NCBI GenBank assembly: GCA_009493725.1
Contig: VOGB01000004.1
Span: 141,455-165,454 of the forward strand
Direction of reading: 5' to 3'
DNA from: Candidatus Pseudoramibacter fermentans
GTDB taxonomy: Bacteria > Bacillota > Clostridia > Eubacteriales > Eubacteriaceae
DNA length: 24,000 nucleotides
Shown here in pieces: positions 16,861 through 24,000 of the stretch. A program made the position numbers and the translations under genes. Position 1 is the stretch's first letter. Every line of letters begins with the position of its first letter. The notes beneath the pieces are model-generated. The model did no database searches and was not told the DNA's origin. It saw only the letters and a program-made list of their open reading frames with translations.

Positions 16861-17403
16861 ATGAAATTTACGATCTATGGAAAGAACATGCACATTTCGG
16901 ATGGATTGAAAGAAACACTTGAAAAGAAATTCCAGAAATTTGATCGTTATTTTGACAAGGAAACAGAAGTTTACGTGACCTTCAAAAAAGAAAAGAGCTA
17001 CCAAGTGATTGAAGTGACCATTCCGCTCGGCAAGACGATCCTTCGAGCTGAAGAAAAGACCGACAGCACGATGGGGTCAATCGAAGCCGTCATCGACAAA
17101 TTGGAAGGACAACTGAGAAAATACAAGACAAAACTGAGAAAACGCTACGAAGCCCAAGACAGCAAATTAAATTTTGAAGCCTTCGACGATGGCGACGAAC
17201 AGGCACCAGATGTTGACGAACCCAAAATCGTCAGAACGAAAAAATTTGCGATTAAGCCGATGTCGCCGGAAGAAGCCGCAATGCAGATGGACCTGCTGGA
17301 ACACGATTTCTTCGTTTTCCTGAACGCGGAAACCGATGATGTGAACGTTGTGTACCGCCGTAAAAACGGCGACTACGGGTTGATTGAACCGACCTTTGCA
17401 TAA
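16861..17403 (+). CDS. hpf: Ribosome hibernation-promoting factor, long form (HPF/YvyD)
   Basis: 180 aa from the ATG at 16861 (MKFTIYGKNMHISDGLKETLEKKF...), with GGAGGA 7 nt upstream. It has an N-terminal RaiA/S30AE domain, an acidic linker and a C-terminal dimerisation domain (KPMSPEEAAMQMDLLEHDFFVFLN...NVVYRRKNGDYGLIEP). The ORF-track start at 16765 lacks an RBS. Confidence 0.9.
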   Translation: MKFTIYGKNMHISDGLKETLEKKFQKFDRYFDKETEVYVTFKKEKSYQVIEVTIPLGKTILRAEEKTDSTMGSIEAVIDKLEGQLRKYKTKLRKRYEAQDSKLNFEAFDDGDEQAPDVDEPKIVRTKKFAIKPMSPEEAAMQMDLLEHDFFVFLNAETDDVNVVYRRKNGDYGLIEPTFA

Positions 17404-17441
17404 TGCATCGAAAAACAAATAAACCATAATTTTAGAACCGC

Positions 17442-17474
17442 CACCCGCTAAGTACTTTTAGCGGGTGTTTTATT
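17442..17474 (+). terminator. Rho-independent terminator after hpf
   Basis: Stem CACCCGCTAA (17442-17451) / TTAGCGGGTG (17458-17467), followed by TTTTATT. Confidence 0.75.
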
Positions 17475-17501
17475 GACAGGGGTAGGGTTTTGTTTTAAAA
17501 T
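17473..17501 (+). promoter_or_regulatory. sigma-A promoter for the DUF5317-like gene
   Basis: Consensus TTGACA (17473-17478), 17 nt, then TAAAAT (17496-17501). The predicted leader to the ATG at 17637 is about 130 nt. Confidence 0.55.
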
Positions 17502-17636
17502 TATTTTAGTTTACCTTTGCATTAATATAGAAGAAAAGGCAAAAATATAAAATTAAAATGGGCGTCATCCATCACACGAAATCACGAAATGTGGACAATA
17601 CGATGGAGAACAATATCAAAATTTAGGGTGGAATCA

Positions 17637-19481
17637 ATGTTTGTTATATTAGCGATTGTTATCGGATTGATCGTGGGGGCTGCGAGAGGTGGCTCTATCG
17701 GACTGATGAGAAAACGAAAAATCAATCTATGGCCGATCGGTCTGATCGGCATTATCCTGCAGATTGTACTCCACCTTTATTTTTATTTTGGGCAGGCGAG
17801 CGGCATTACGACCTTTTTGAATTTCGCCAGCTACGTCTGCATTTTGCTGATGCTCATTTTCAATTTTGACGATTTGTGGGCCATTCTGCTCACCGTTGGG
17901 ACGACGGCCAATTTTATCGTCGCTTTTATCAACGGCGGCAAGATGCCCGTTACGCCAACGATCGTGAGTGCTCTTACCAATGCCAATTTATCTGCCGGCA
18001 TTACCCGTGGCATTAACGCGGTGTATACGCCGCTCTCCAGAGCGACGACGGCGCTTTGGATGCTTGGGATCAATACGCAGATCCCATACGTTTCGCGAAT
18101 CACCTCCTATTACGGCGGTGTGGGCGGATTTTCTATTGGAAGCGTGCTTGTCTTTGTCGGCCTTTTGGGCTGGGTACAGCACGCGATGCAGGGGAACAAA
18201 CAGCAGGATCCCTTCTCTGAAGAACTCAATGAAGGGGATGCGGATTACATTATTTCGCCTGATGAAAACAGCATGATTGAAGAAATGGCTCAGAAAAAAG
18301 AAACGGGTTACGAAACCGGTCCCCTTGACTGGCTGAATCAGGATTCTGAAACTTTGTTTGGTCAGGAAATTAAGCAGCAGACAGGCGAAATTCCACCGGT
18401 AAAGCCAGAAAAAAAAGCGGCGAGAAAGCCAAGAAAACGTCGAGCTCCGCAGGAACCAGCGCGGCCTGAGGCAGACGCCACGAAAGGCCATAAACCTGAG
18501 GAGGCTCAAAACAAGCAGCCAGAAAAGACGACAGTGCTGCCTGATTTGTCGCCGGAATTGTTGGATCGGATCAAGTCCCACAATTCAGGCGCGGCGAAAA
18601 AACGTCCGGCGTCGACTGTTTCAGACGACACGCGGGTGTTTACCACATTGAAGGATTTGGGAAAATACGATACGAAGCCCATTGATACAGGATTTTCAGC
18701 GTCAGCTCAGAGAGAAAGAAAAGAAGCAGAGGATTTTGCGGAATCTGGATTTTTCACACAGTCGTTCTACACAGAGCGGGAAAAAGGAAAATTAGCTTTT
18801 GGTTCTCAACCGAGCGGCGATCGCAGAGAAAAAGCAGCAAAACCAACAGGGACGTATCGTCGGGCAATAAATAATCAGGAGGATAAGAATCAAATGGCGG
18901 ATTACAAACCAACAGAAGGCGACACAGTCAAATCAACAGCAGCGGCAGAACAGCCGAAACCGGCAGCACCGAAAAGAAATACGCAGCAGACAACGACGCA
19001 GTCTTCAAGCGCGTCACGATGGGAAATGCCTGAAAAGGCAAAGAAAACAAAAGCTGAACCGACCGCTAAAAAAATCAATCCGTATCGGAAATACAGCGAC
19101 GAAGAAGCGGCTAGACGAGCCGATGCGTCCCGTGATAACGAAAAGCAGATGCTGAACATTTGGCATCAGGTCTCGGAAGATACGCGCGCGCTGCGCCAGC
19201 GCGGCCGCCGGAGCGCCAGCGAAGAGGTGCAGTCCGACAGCCCGTTCAGCAGATCGGAAGCGGAACGCAAACGGCTGAAGCAGCAGCACAACCGCGCCGC
19301 AGCACAGAAAAGCGAAAACGAAATCGCTTCCGCGCAAAAGCCGAAGGCGGGCGGTACGAAAAAGCAGGCCGCCGCGGCTAATGTCACCAACGACGAAGAT
19401 CGGGAACGGATCGGCTTTGAAAAAGTTGAAATCAATGTGGACAACCGAAAGGTTTCCTTCTGGAGAAAAAAGAAATCCTGA
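17637..19481 (+). CDS. Polytopic membrane protein (DUF5317-like N-terminal domain) fused to a long charged low-complexity C-terminal region
   Basis: 614 aa from the ATG at 17637, with RBS AGGGTGGA at 17625-17632. The first ~190 aa contain 5-6 hydrophobic helices and the motifs FINGGKMPV and FSIGSVLVFVGLLG, which I associate with DUF5317. That assignment is from memory and not verified. The remaining ~425 aa have no hydrophobic segment and are rich in K, R, E, Q, A, P, S and T. Confidence 0.7.
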   Translation: MFVILAIVIGLIVGAARGGSIGLMRKRKINLWPIGLIGIILQIVLHLYFYFGQASGITTFLNFASYVCILLMLIFNFDDLWAILLTVGTTANFIVAFINGGKMPVTPTIVSALTNANLSAGITRGINAVYTPLSRATTALWMLGINTQIPYVSRITSYYGGVGGFSIGSVLVFVGLLGWVQHAMQGNKQQDPFSEELNEGDADYIISPDENSMIEEMAQKKETGYETGPLDWLNQDSETLFGQEIKQQTGEIPPVKPEKKAARKPRKRRAPQEPARPEADATKGHKPEEAQNKQPEKTTVLPDLSPELLDRIKSHNSGAAKKRPASTVSDDTRVFTTLKDLGKYDTKPIDTGFSASAQRERKEAEDFAESGFFTQSFYTEREKGKLAFGSQPSGDRREKAAKPTGTYRRAINNQEDKNQMADYKPTEGDTVKSTAAAEQPKPAAPKRNTQQTTTQSSSASRWEMPEKAKKTKAEPTAKKINPYRKYSDEEAARRADASRDNEKQMLNIWHQVSEDTRALRQRGRRSASEEVQSDSPFSRSEAERKRLKQQHNRAAAQKSENEIASAQKPKAGGTKKQAAAANVTNDEDRERIGFEKVEINVDNRKVSFWRKKKS

Positions 19482-19510
19482 GCATCAGGAAAAATACATG
19501 TTTGAAATGG

Positions 19511-19537
19511 AAAGGGCTGTGTATTCAGCCTTTTTTG
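19511..19537 (+). terminator. Rho-independent terminator
   Basis: Stem AAAGGGCTG (19511-19519) / CAGCCTTTT (19526-19534), including one G-U pair, with a 6-nt loop and a T-rich tail. Confidence 0.55.
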
Positions 19538-19551
19538 TTTGAAAGCTTTAT

Positions 19552-19580
19552 TTGCCTTTCAGACGAACATGATATAAAAT
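19552..19580 (+). promoter_or_regulatory. Putative sigma-A promoter for secA-prfB
   Basis: TTGCCT (19552-19557), 17 nt, then TAAAAT (19575-19580). An alternative reading is TGaTATAAA at 19570-19578. Confidence 0.4.
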
Positions 19581-19624
19581 AAGCCAACACATTCACATGA
19601 TTTGAAATAAGGAGATTGAAATAT

Positions 19625-22138
19625 ATGGGATTTTTGCAAAATCTTTTTGATCCGAGCAAAAAAGAAGTAAAAAAATTAAGCAAGGTCGCAGATCAGATCG
19701 TCGCGTTGGAGGATGAATACAAGGCGCTGTCTGACGACGACTTAAAACACAAAACTGTCGAATTTAAAGAACGCTACGCCAACGGTGAAACTTTGGACGA
19801 TTTGCTGGTTGAAGCCTTTGCAACAGTTCGGGAGGCGGCAGCCCGCACGGTCAATATGCGACATTTCCCGGTACAGCTCATCGGGGGCATGGTGCTCCAC
19901 AACGGCGACATCGCAGAAATGCGCACCGGTGAAGGGAAAACCCTGGTGGCGACACTGCCGGCTTATTTGAACGCTTTGAGCGGTGAAGGGGTTTATATTG
20001 TAACGGTCAACGATTACCTGGCACGTCGAGACAGCGAATGGATGGGCAAGATCTATAAATTCCTTGGCATGAGCGTCGGTTTGGTGATCCCGGATTTATC
20101 CTACGAAGAAAAACAGGCCGCCTATCGTTCGGATATCATTTACGGGACAAACAACGAATTCGGGTTTGACTACCTGCGCGACAACATGGTCACGTCCAAG
20201 GAAGAACAGGTGCAGCGCGGTCTGCACTACGCGATCATCGACGAAGTCGACTCCGTCCTCATCGATGAAGCCCGGACGCCGTTGATCATTTCTGGAAGCG
20301 GTGACGAAAGTACCGATCTTTACCGTACGGCTGATATTTTTGCCAAGAGCTTAAAGGACGACGACTACGAAAAGGACGAAAAGGAAAAGGCCGTCACACT
20401 GACTGAAAAAGGGACGGCTAAGGCTGAAAAATTCTTCGGCATCAAAAACCTGGCCGACGTTGAAAACATGGAAATCATGCACAACATCAACCAGGCGCTG
20501 TACGCCAACACGCTGATGACCAAGGATGTCGACTATATTGTCAAGAACGACGAAATCATCATCATCGACGAATTTACTGGCCGCCAGATGCCGGGCCGCC
20601 GTTATTCCAACGGCCTGCATCAGGCGATTGAAGCCAAGGAACACGTTACGGTGAACCGCGAATCCAGAACGATGGCGACGATCACCTTCCAGAACTATTT
20701 CAGAATGTTTGACAAGCTGGCTGGGATGACCGGGACGGCGAAGACGGAAGAAGAAGAATTCAACACGATTTACAACTTGAACGTCGTGACCATTCCGACC
20801 AATAAACCGATGATTCGTCAGGATTTAAACGATTTGGTCTATCGGACGGAAAAGGCGAAGTTCAAGGCGGTCACAGAAGACGTCAAGCGGCGCCACGCCA
20901 AAGGACAGCCGGTGTTGATCGGGACGATTTCCATTGAAAAATCAGAATTACTGAGTAAATACCTGCGCCGCGAAGGCATTAAGCACAACGTCTTGAACGC
21001 CAAGCACCTCGAAAAAGAAGCAGAAATCATTTCTCAAGCCGGACAAAAGGGCGCGGTCACGATCTCGACCAACATGGCCGGCCGTGGGACGGATATTGTG
21101 CTCGGCGAGGGCGTCGCAGAACTCGGCGGGCTGCACATCATTGGAACAGAACGCCACGAATCCAGACGTATTGACAATCAGCTGCGCGGCCGTGCCGGTC
21201 GTCAGGGCGACCCAGGTTCCACGCAGTTTTTCCTGTCGCTCGAAGATGACCTGATGCGTATTTTCGGCTCCGACCGCATCAAATCGGTGGTAGAAAACCT
21301 TGGGATGGACGACGAAACGCCGCTGGATGCCAAGATGTTAAACCGTAGCATCGAAAGTGCCCAGAAAAAAGTTGAAGCACGCAACTTCGATATCCGTAAA
21401 AACGTTCTGCAGTACGACAACGTCATGAACCGTCAGCGTGAAATCATCTACGCCCAGCGTCAGGAAGTGCTGGACGGCAAGAATATGCACGAACAGATTG
21501 ACAAGATGACGAAGGATTTGATTAACGATTACGTCGACATGTACACCAACGCCGGCGATTCGCTGGAAGACTGGGACGTCAAAAAGCTCAAGCGTTATTT
21601 TGGCGAATTCCTGCCGGTCGACCGCCTGCAATTCGAAGAAGGTGTTACGGTTCAGGACATCAAGGATCAGCTGTACGCCCTCTGCCGTGAAAATTACCAG
21701 TCAAAGGTCGCATTGATCGGCGAAGACGAAATGGAAAATATGGAACGGGTGGTCCTGCTCCGCGCGGTCGACGCGGCATGGATGGTGCACATCGACGACA
21801 TGGAACAGCTCAAGGAAGGTATCGGCCTGCGGGCGTACGGTCAAAACGACCCAGTTGTCGCGTATACGGACGAAGGGTTCAAAATGTTCGAGGACATGAA
21901 CGCTGAAATCCAGGAAGAAACCGTCAAATACATTTACAATATGAAAATCAAGCTTGTGCCGCCGAAACAGCGGCAGAGACGGGCGCAGATGCACACCAAC
22001 GAGGCCCAGATCACAGGACAGGGCAGTGAAGAACCGGTTCAAAAGACGATCCACAAAAAGAAAATCGGCCGGAATGATCCGTGCCCGTGCGGCAGCGGCA
22101 AGAAATACAAGAATTGCCACGGCCGTTACGCGAACTGA
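19625..22138 (+). CDS. secA: Preprotein translocase ATPase SecA
   Basis: 837 aa from the ATG at 19625, with AAGGAG 10 nt upstream. The TTG at 19616 is only 1 nt from the RBS. Motifs include the DEAD-like motor ([33 protein letters not shown]), [10 protein letters not shown] and the C-terminal zinc motif [14 protein letters not shown]. Confidence 0.95.
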   Translation: MGFLQNLFDPSKKEVKKLSKVADQIVALEDEYKALSDDDLKHKTVEFKERYANGETLDDLLVEAFATVREAAARTVNMRHFPVQLIGGMVLHNGDIAEMRTGEGKTLVATLPAYLNALSGEGVYIVTVNDYLARRDSEWMGKIYKFLGMSVGLVIPDLSYEEKQAAYRSDIIYGTNNEFGFDYLRDNMVTSKEEQVQRGLHYAIIDEVDSVLIDEARTPLIISGSGDESTDLYRTADIFAKSLKDDDYEKDEKEKAVTLTEKGTAKAEKFFGIKNLADVENMEIMHNINQALYANTLMTKDVDYIVKNDEIIIIDEFTGRQMPGRRYSNGLHQAIEAKEHVTVNRESRTMATITFQNYFRMFDKLAGMTGTAKTEEEEFNTIYNLNVVTIPTNKPMIRQDLNDLVYRTEKAKFKAVTEDVKRRHAKGQPVLIGTISIEKSELLSKYLRREGIKHNVLNAKHLEKEAEIISQAGQKGAVTISTNMAGRGTDIVLGEGVAELGGLHIIGTERHESRRIDNQLRGRAGRQGDPGSTQFFLSLEDDLMRIFGSDRIKSVVENLGMDDETPLDAKMLNRSIESAQKKVEARNFDIRKNVLQYDNVMNRQREIIYAQRQEVLDGKNMHEQIDKMTKDLINDYVDMYTNAGDSLEDWDVKKLKRYFGEFLPVDRLQFEEGVTVQDIKDQLYALCRENYQSKVALIGEDEMENMERVVLLRAVDAAWMVHIDDMEQLKEGIGLRAYGQNDPVVAYTDEGFKMFEDMNAEIQEETVKYIYNMKIKLVPPKQRQRRAQMHTNEAQITGQGSEEPVQKTIHKKKIGRNDPCPCGSGKKYKNCHGRYAN

Positions 22139-22173
22139 TGCCGACCAAAATGAATTGAGAAAGGAACAGGATA

Positions 22174-23277
22174 TTGATAGATTTATACGAAGCGCGGCAG
22201 GCTGTGAACGGCATGTCCGGCGAAATGGCAGATTTGGGCAAGTCTTTGAATTTGCCGGAGCTGGACGCTAGACTCAAGGAATTGGAACAGCAGACTACAG
22301 CGCCCGATTTTTGGAACGATCAAAAAACGGCGCAGAAGGTTCTGAAGGAAGAAACCCTGCTGCGCAGCAAACAGAAGCGCTACAATGAAGTGAAGAGCGA
22401 TCTCGAAGATGTAGAGGTCATGCTGGAACTGGCAGAAGAAGGGGAAAGCGACGGCGAGCTCGAAGGGATGCTGAGCGCCTTCCAAAAAGAATTTGACGAC
22501 TACAAGGTCGAAATGCTGCTTTCCGGCGAATACGACAGCAACAACGCGATCATTTCGCTGCACCCGGGGGCTGGCGGAACCGAATCCCACGATTGGGCGT
22601 CGATGCTGCTGCGGATGTACGTGCGCTGGGCGGAAAACAAGGGCTTCAAGGTCAAACAGCTGGATTATCAGCCCGGAGACATCGCCGGCATTAAAAGCGC
22701 GACCCTGCTCATCGAAGGGATCAACGCCTACGGTTATTTGAAAACCGAACGCGGCGTGCACCGGCTGGTGCGCATTTCCCCCTTTGATTCATCCGGGCGC
22801 CGCCACACTTCTTTCGCGTCGTTGGACGTGACGCCGCAGGTCGATGACTCCATCGACATTGAAATCAATCCGGACGATATCCGGGTGGATACCTACCGCT
22901 CCAGTGGCGCTGGCGGCCAGCACGTTAACAAGACGTCGTCGGCTATTCGCATCACCCACATTCCGACAGGTGTCGTCGTGCAGTGTCAGAACGAACGCAG
23001 CCAGCACCAAAACAAGGAAGTGGCGATGAACATGCTGAAATCCAAGCTTCTGGAAATCATGGAACAGGAAAAGAAGGAAAAGCTGGAGGACGTCGTTGGC
23101 GACTATTCGCAAATCGCCTGGGGCTCTCAGATCCGCTCCTACGTGTTCCATCCGTACACGATGGTCAAGGACCACCGCACCGGTGTCGAAGTCGGGAATA
23201 TCCAGAGCGTTATGGACGGCGATCTCGACCAGTTCATGAACGCTGAGCTCAGACGCGAAGCGGAAGAAAACGCGTAA
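22174..23277 (+). CDS. prfB: Peptide chain release factor 2, encoded in a single uninterrupted frame
   Basis: 367 aa with a TTG start and AAGGAA 8 nt upstream. It carries the SPF tripeptide (RISPFDS) and the GGQ motif (SGAGGQHVN). The N-terminus aligns with B. subtilis RF2 across the position where the frameshift site normally lies. Confidence 0.93.
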   Translation: MIDLYEARQAVNGMSGEMADLGKSLNLPELDARLKELEQQTTAPDFWNDQKTAQKVLKEETLLRSKQKRYNEVKSDLEDVEVMLELAEEGESDGELEGMLSAFQKEFDDYKVEMLLSGEYDSNNAIISLHPGAGGTESHDWASMLLRMYVRWAENKGFKVKQLDYQPGDIAGIKSATLLIEGINAYGYLKTERGVHRLVRISPFDSSGRRHTSFASLDVTPQVDDSIDIEINPDDIRVDTYRSSGAGGQHVNKTSSAIRITHIPTGVVVQCQNERSQHQNKEVAMNMLKSKLLEIMEQEKKEKLEDVVGDYSQIAWGSQIRSYVFHPYTMVKDHRTGVEVGNIQSVMDGDLDQFMNAELRREAEENA

Positions 23278-23297
23278 GAAAAAACGCAGGCAAAAAT

Positions 23298-23336
23298 AAA
23301 AATGCGAAAGGCTGAAAAGTCTTTCGCATTTTTTTA
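23298..23336. terminator. Bidirectional Rho-independent terminator
   Basis: Stem AATGCGAAAG (23301-23310) / CTTTCGCATT (23321-23330), flanked by an A-rich run upstream and T6 downstream. It lies between the convergent prfB and pyrE genes. Confidence 0.8.
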
Positions 23337-23346
23337 ATCACAAAAT

Positions 23347-24000
23347 TTACGCACCGTAATCTTTTAAGTGCTGTTCGATCTTAGCTTTCATCGCGTCGTC
23401 GATAACGATTTTGCCGTCGACAGGGTGATTGTAGAGATGGCTTAAGATATCTTCAATCGTGACCATCGGGTGGGTTTCAATGCCGAGGGTTTCGCTGATT
23501 TCCTGAACTGCGGTTTTGTCGCCGTCGCCCTTTTCCATGCGGTCGACGGAAATGATCAGGCTCTTAACCTTGACATTGTCAGCCAGAGATTGAAGCAGCG
23601 GCACCGATTCCTTGACTGAGGTGCCCGCGGTGATGACGTCTTCGACAATCATTGCGGTGTCGCCGGACTGAGGACGATAGCCGATGATCGAACCGCCTTC
23701 GCCGTGATCCTTTGCTTCCTTGCGGTTGAAGCAGTACGGGATGTCCACGTTGTGATCCCGATAGAGGGATGCGGACGCGCTGATGACCAGCGGAATACCC
23801 TTGTAGGCCGGGCCGTACAGGAAATCGATGCCGTCTAAATGTTCTGAAATTTCATCCGCGTAGTACTGGCCGAGTTTGGCAATTTGTTCAGAAGTACGGT
23901 AATTGCCAGTGTTGATGAAATACGGGGTCGGGCGGCCGCTTTTGGTGATGAAATCACCGAAGGTCAGGACGCCAGAACGCACCATAAAATCGATAAAGTC
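23347..24000 (-). CDS. pyrE: Orotate phosphoribosyltransferase, 3' portion (N-terminus beyond window edge)
   Basis: Motifs are FGDFITKSGRPTPYFINTG, YGPAYKGIPL and the PRPP-binding loop MIVEDVITAGTS. The reading frame stays open through 23986-24000 (..DFIDF-MVRSG..), and PyrE homologues have about 10 more N-terminal residues. The ATG at 23985 is therefore probably internal. Confidence 0.85.
   Translation of the reverse strand, partial: DFIDFMVRSGVLTFGDFITKSGRPTPYFINTGNYRTSEQIAKLGQYYADEISEHLDGIDFLYGPAYKGIPLVISASASLYRDHNVDIPYCFNRKEAKDHGEGGSIIGYRPQSGDTAMIVEDVITAGTSVKESVPLLQSLADNVKVKSLIISVDRMEKGDGDKTAVQEISETLGIETHPMVTIEDILSHLYNHPVDGKIVIDDAMKAKIEQHLKDYGA

Noticed and set aside
17558-17626. 22-codon upstream ORF (MGVIHHTKSRNVDNTMENNIKI) in the leader of the DUF5317-like gene, ending inside its RBS.
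   Set aside because: There is no Shine-Dalgarno sequence in front of its ATG, and I have no conservation evidence. It cannot be distinguished from a chance ORF in AT-rich sequence.
22244-22249. CTTTGA hexamer in prfB, at the position where the programmed +1 frameshift site normally lies.
   Set aside because: The frame that reads CTT TGA has no start codon and is closed by upstream stops (TGA at 22175-22177 and 22203-22205). A +1 shift from it would not enter the downstream RF2 frame either. The gene is read continuously from TTG at 22174.
1-24000. Search by eye for mobile elements, CRISPR repeats, tRNA/rRNA genes, toxin-antitoxin pairs and defence or phage modules.
   Set aside because: I saw no regularly spaced direct repeats, no terminal inverted repeats flanking a transposase or integrase-like ORF, and no cloverleaf-capable intergenic segment; every intergenic region is short and explained by promoters or terminators. 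The only PIN domain is the conserved housekeeping YacL. The window appears to be core genome.

Overview
This window looks like ordinary chromosomal core from a Bacillota (Clostridia-like) genome. I support 20 protein-coding genes in tight operons, and nearly every operon ends in a clear Rho-independent hairpin.

Gene content, left to right:
- carD tail, then yacL (PIN/TRAM membrane protein), rsmF and a divergent arginase-fold gene (+ strand).
- A complete nine-gene histidine operon, hisZ-G-D-C-B-H-A-F-IE (- strand, 3689-11394). It is translationally coupled and driven by a near-consensus sigma-A promoter with a short leader.
- A divergent HAD hydrolase, cca, rsmA and an EutL-type microcompartment shell gene (+ strand).
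- An LCP (LytR-CpsA-Psr) gene (- strand).
- hpf, a DUF5317-like membrane protein with a very long disordered tail, secA and prfB (+ strand).
- The 3' part of pyrE (- strand).

I found no rRNA or tRNA genes, CRISPR arrays, transposases, integrases, prophage genes or recognisable defence genes. I also see no convincing novel multi-gene system and do not want to invent one.

The items most worth a second look are single-gene oddities:
1. An orphan EutL-family BMC shell protein with its own promoter, sitting among RNA-maturation genes.
2. A DUF5317-like membrane domain fused to a charged low-complexity tail of about 425 aa, inserted into the conserved hpf-secA-prfB block.
3. A HAD phosphatase divergent from a his operon that lacks a histidinol-phosphatase gene.
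4. An arginase-fold ORF with no canonical start codon.
5. A prfB gene without the usual programmed +1 frameshift.
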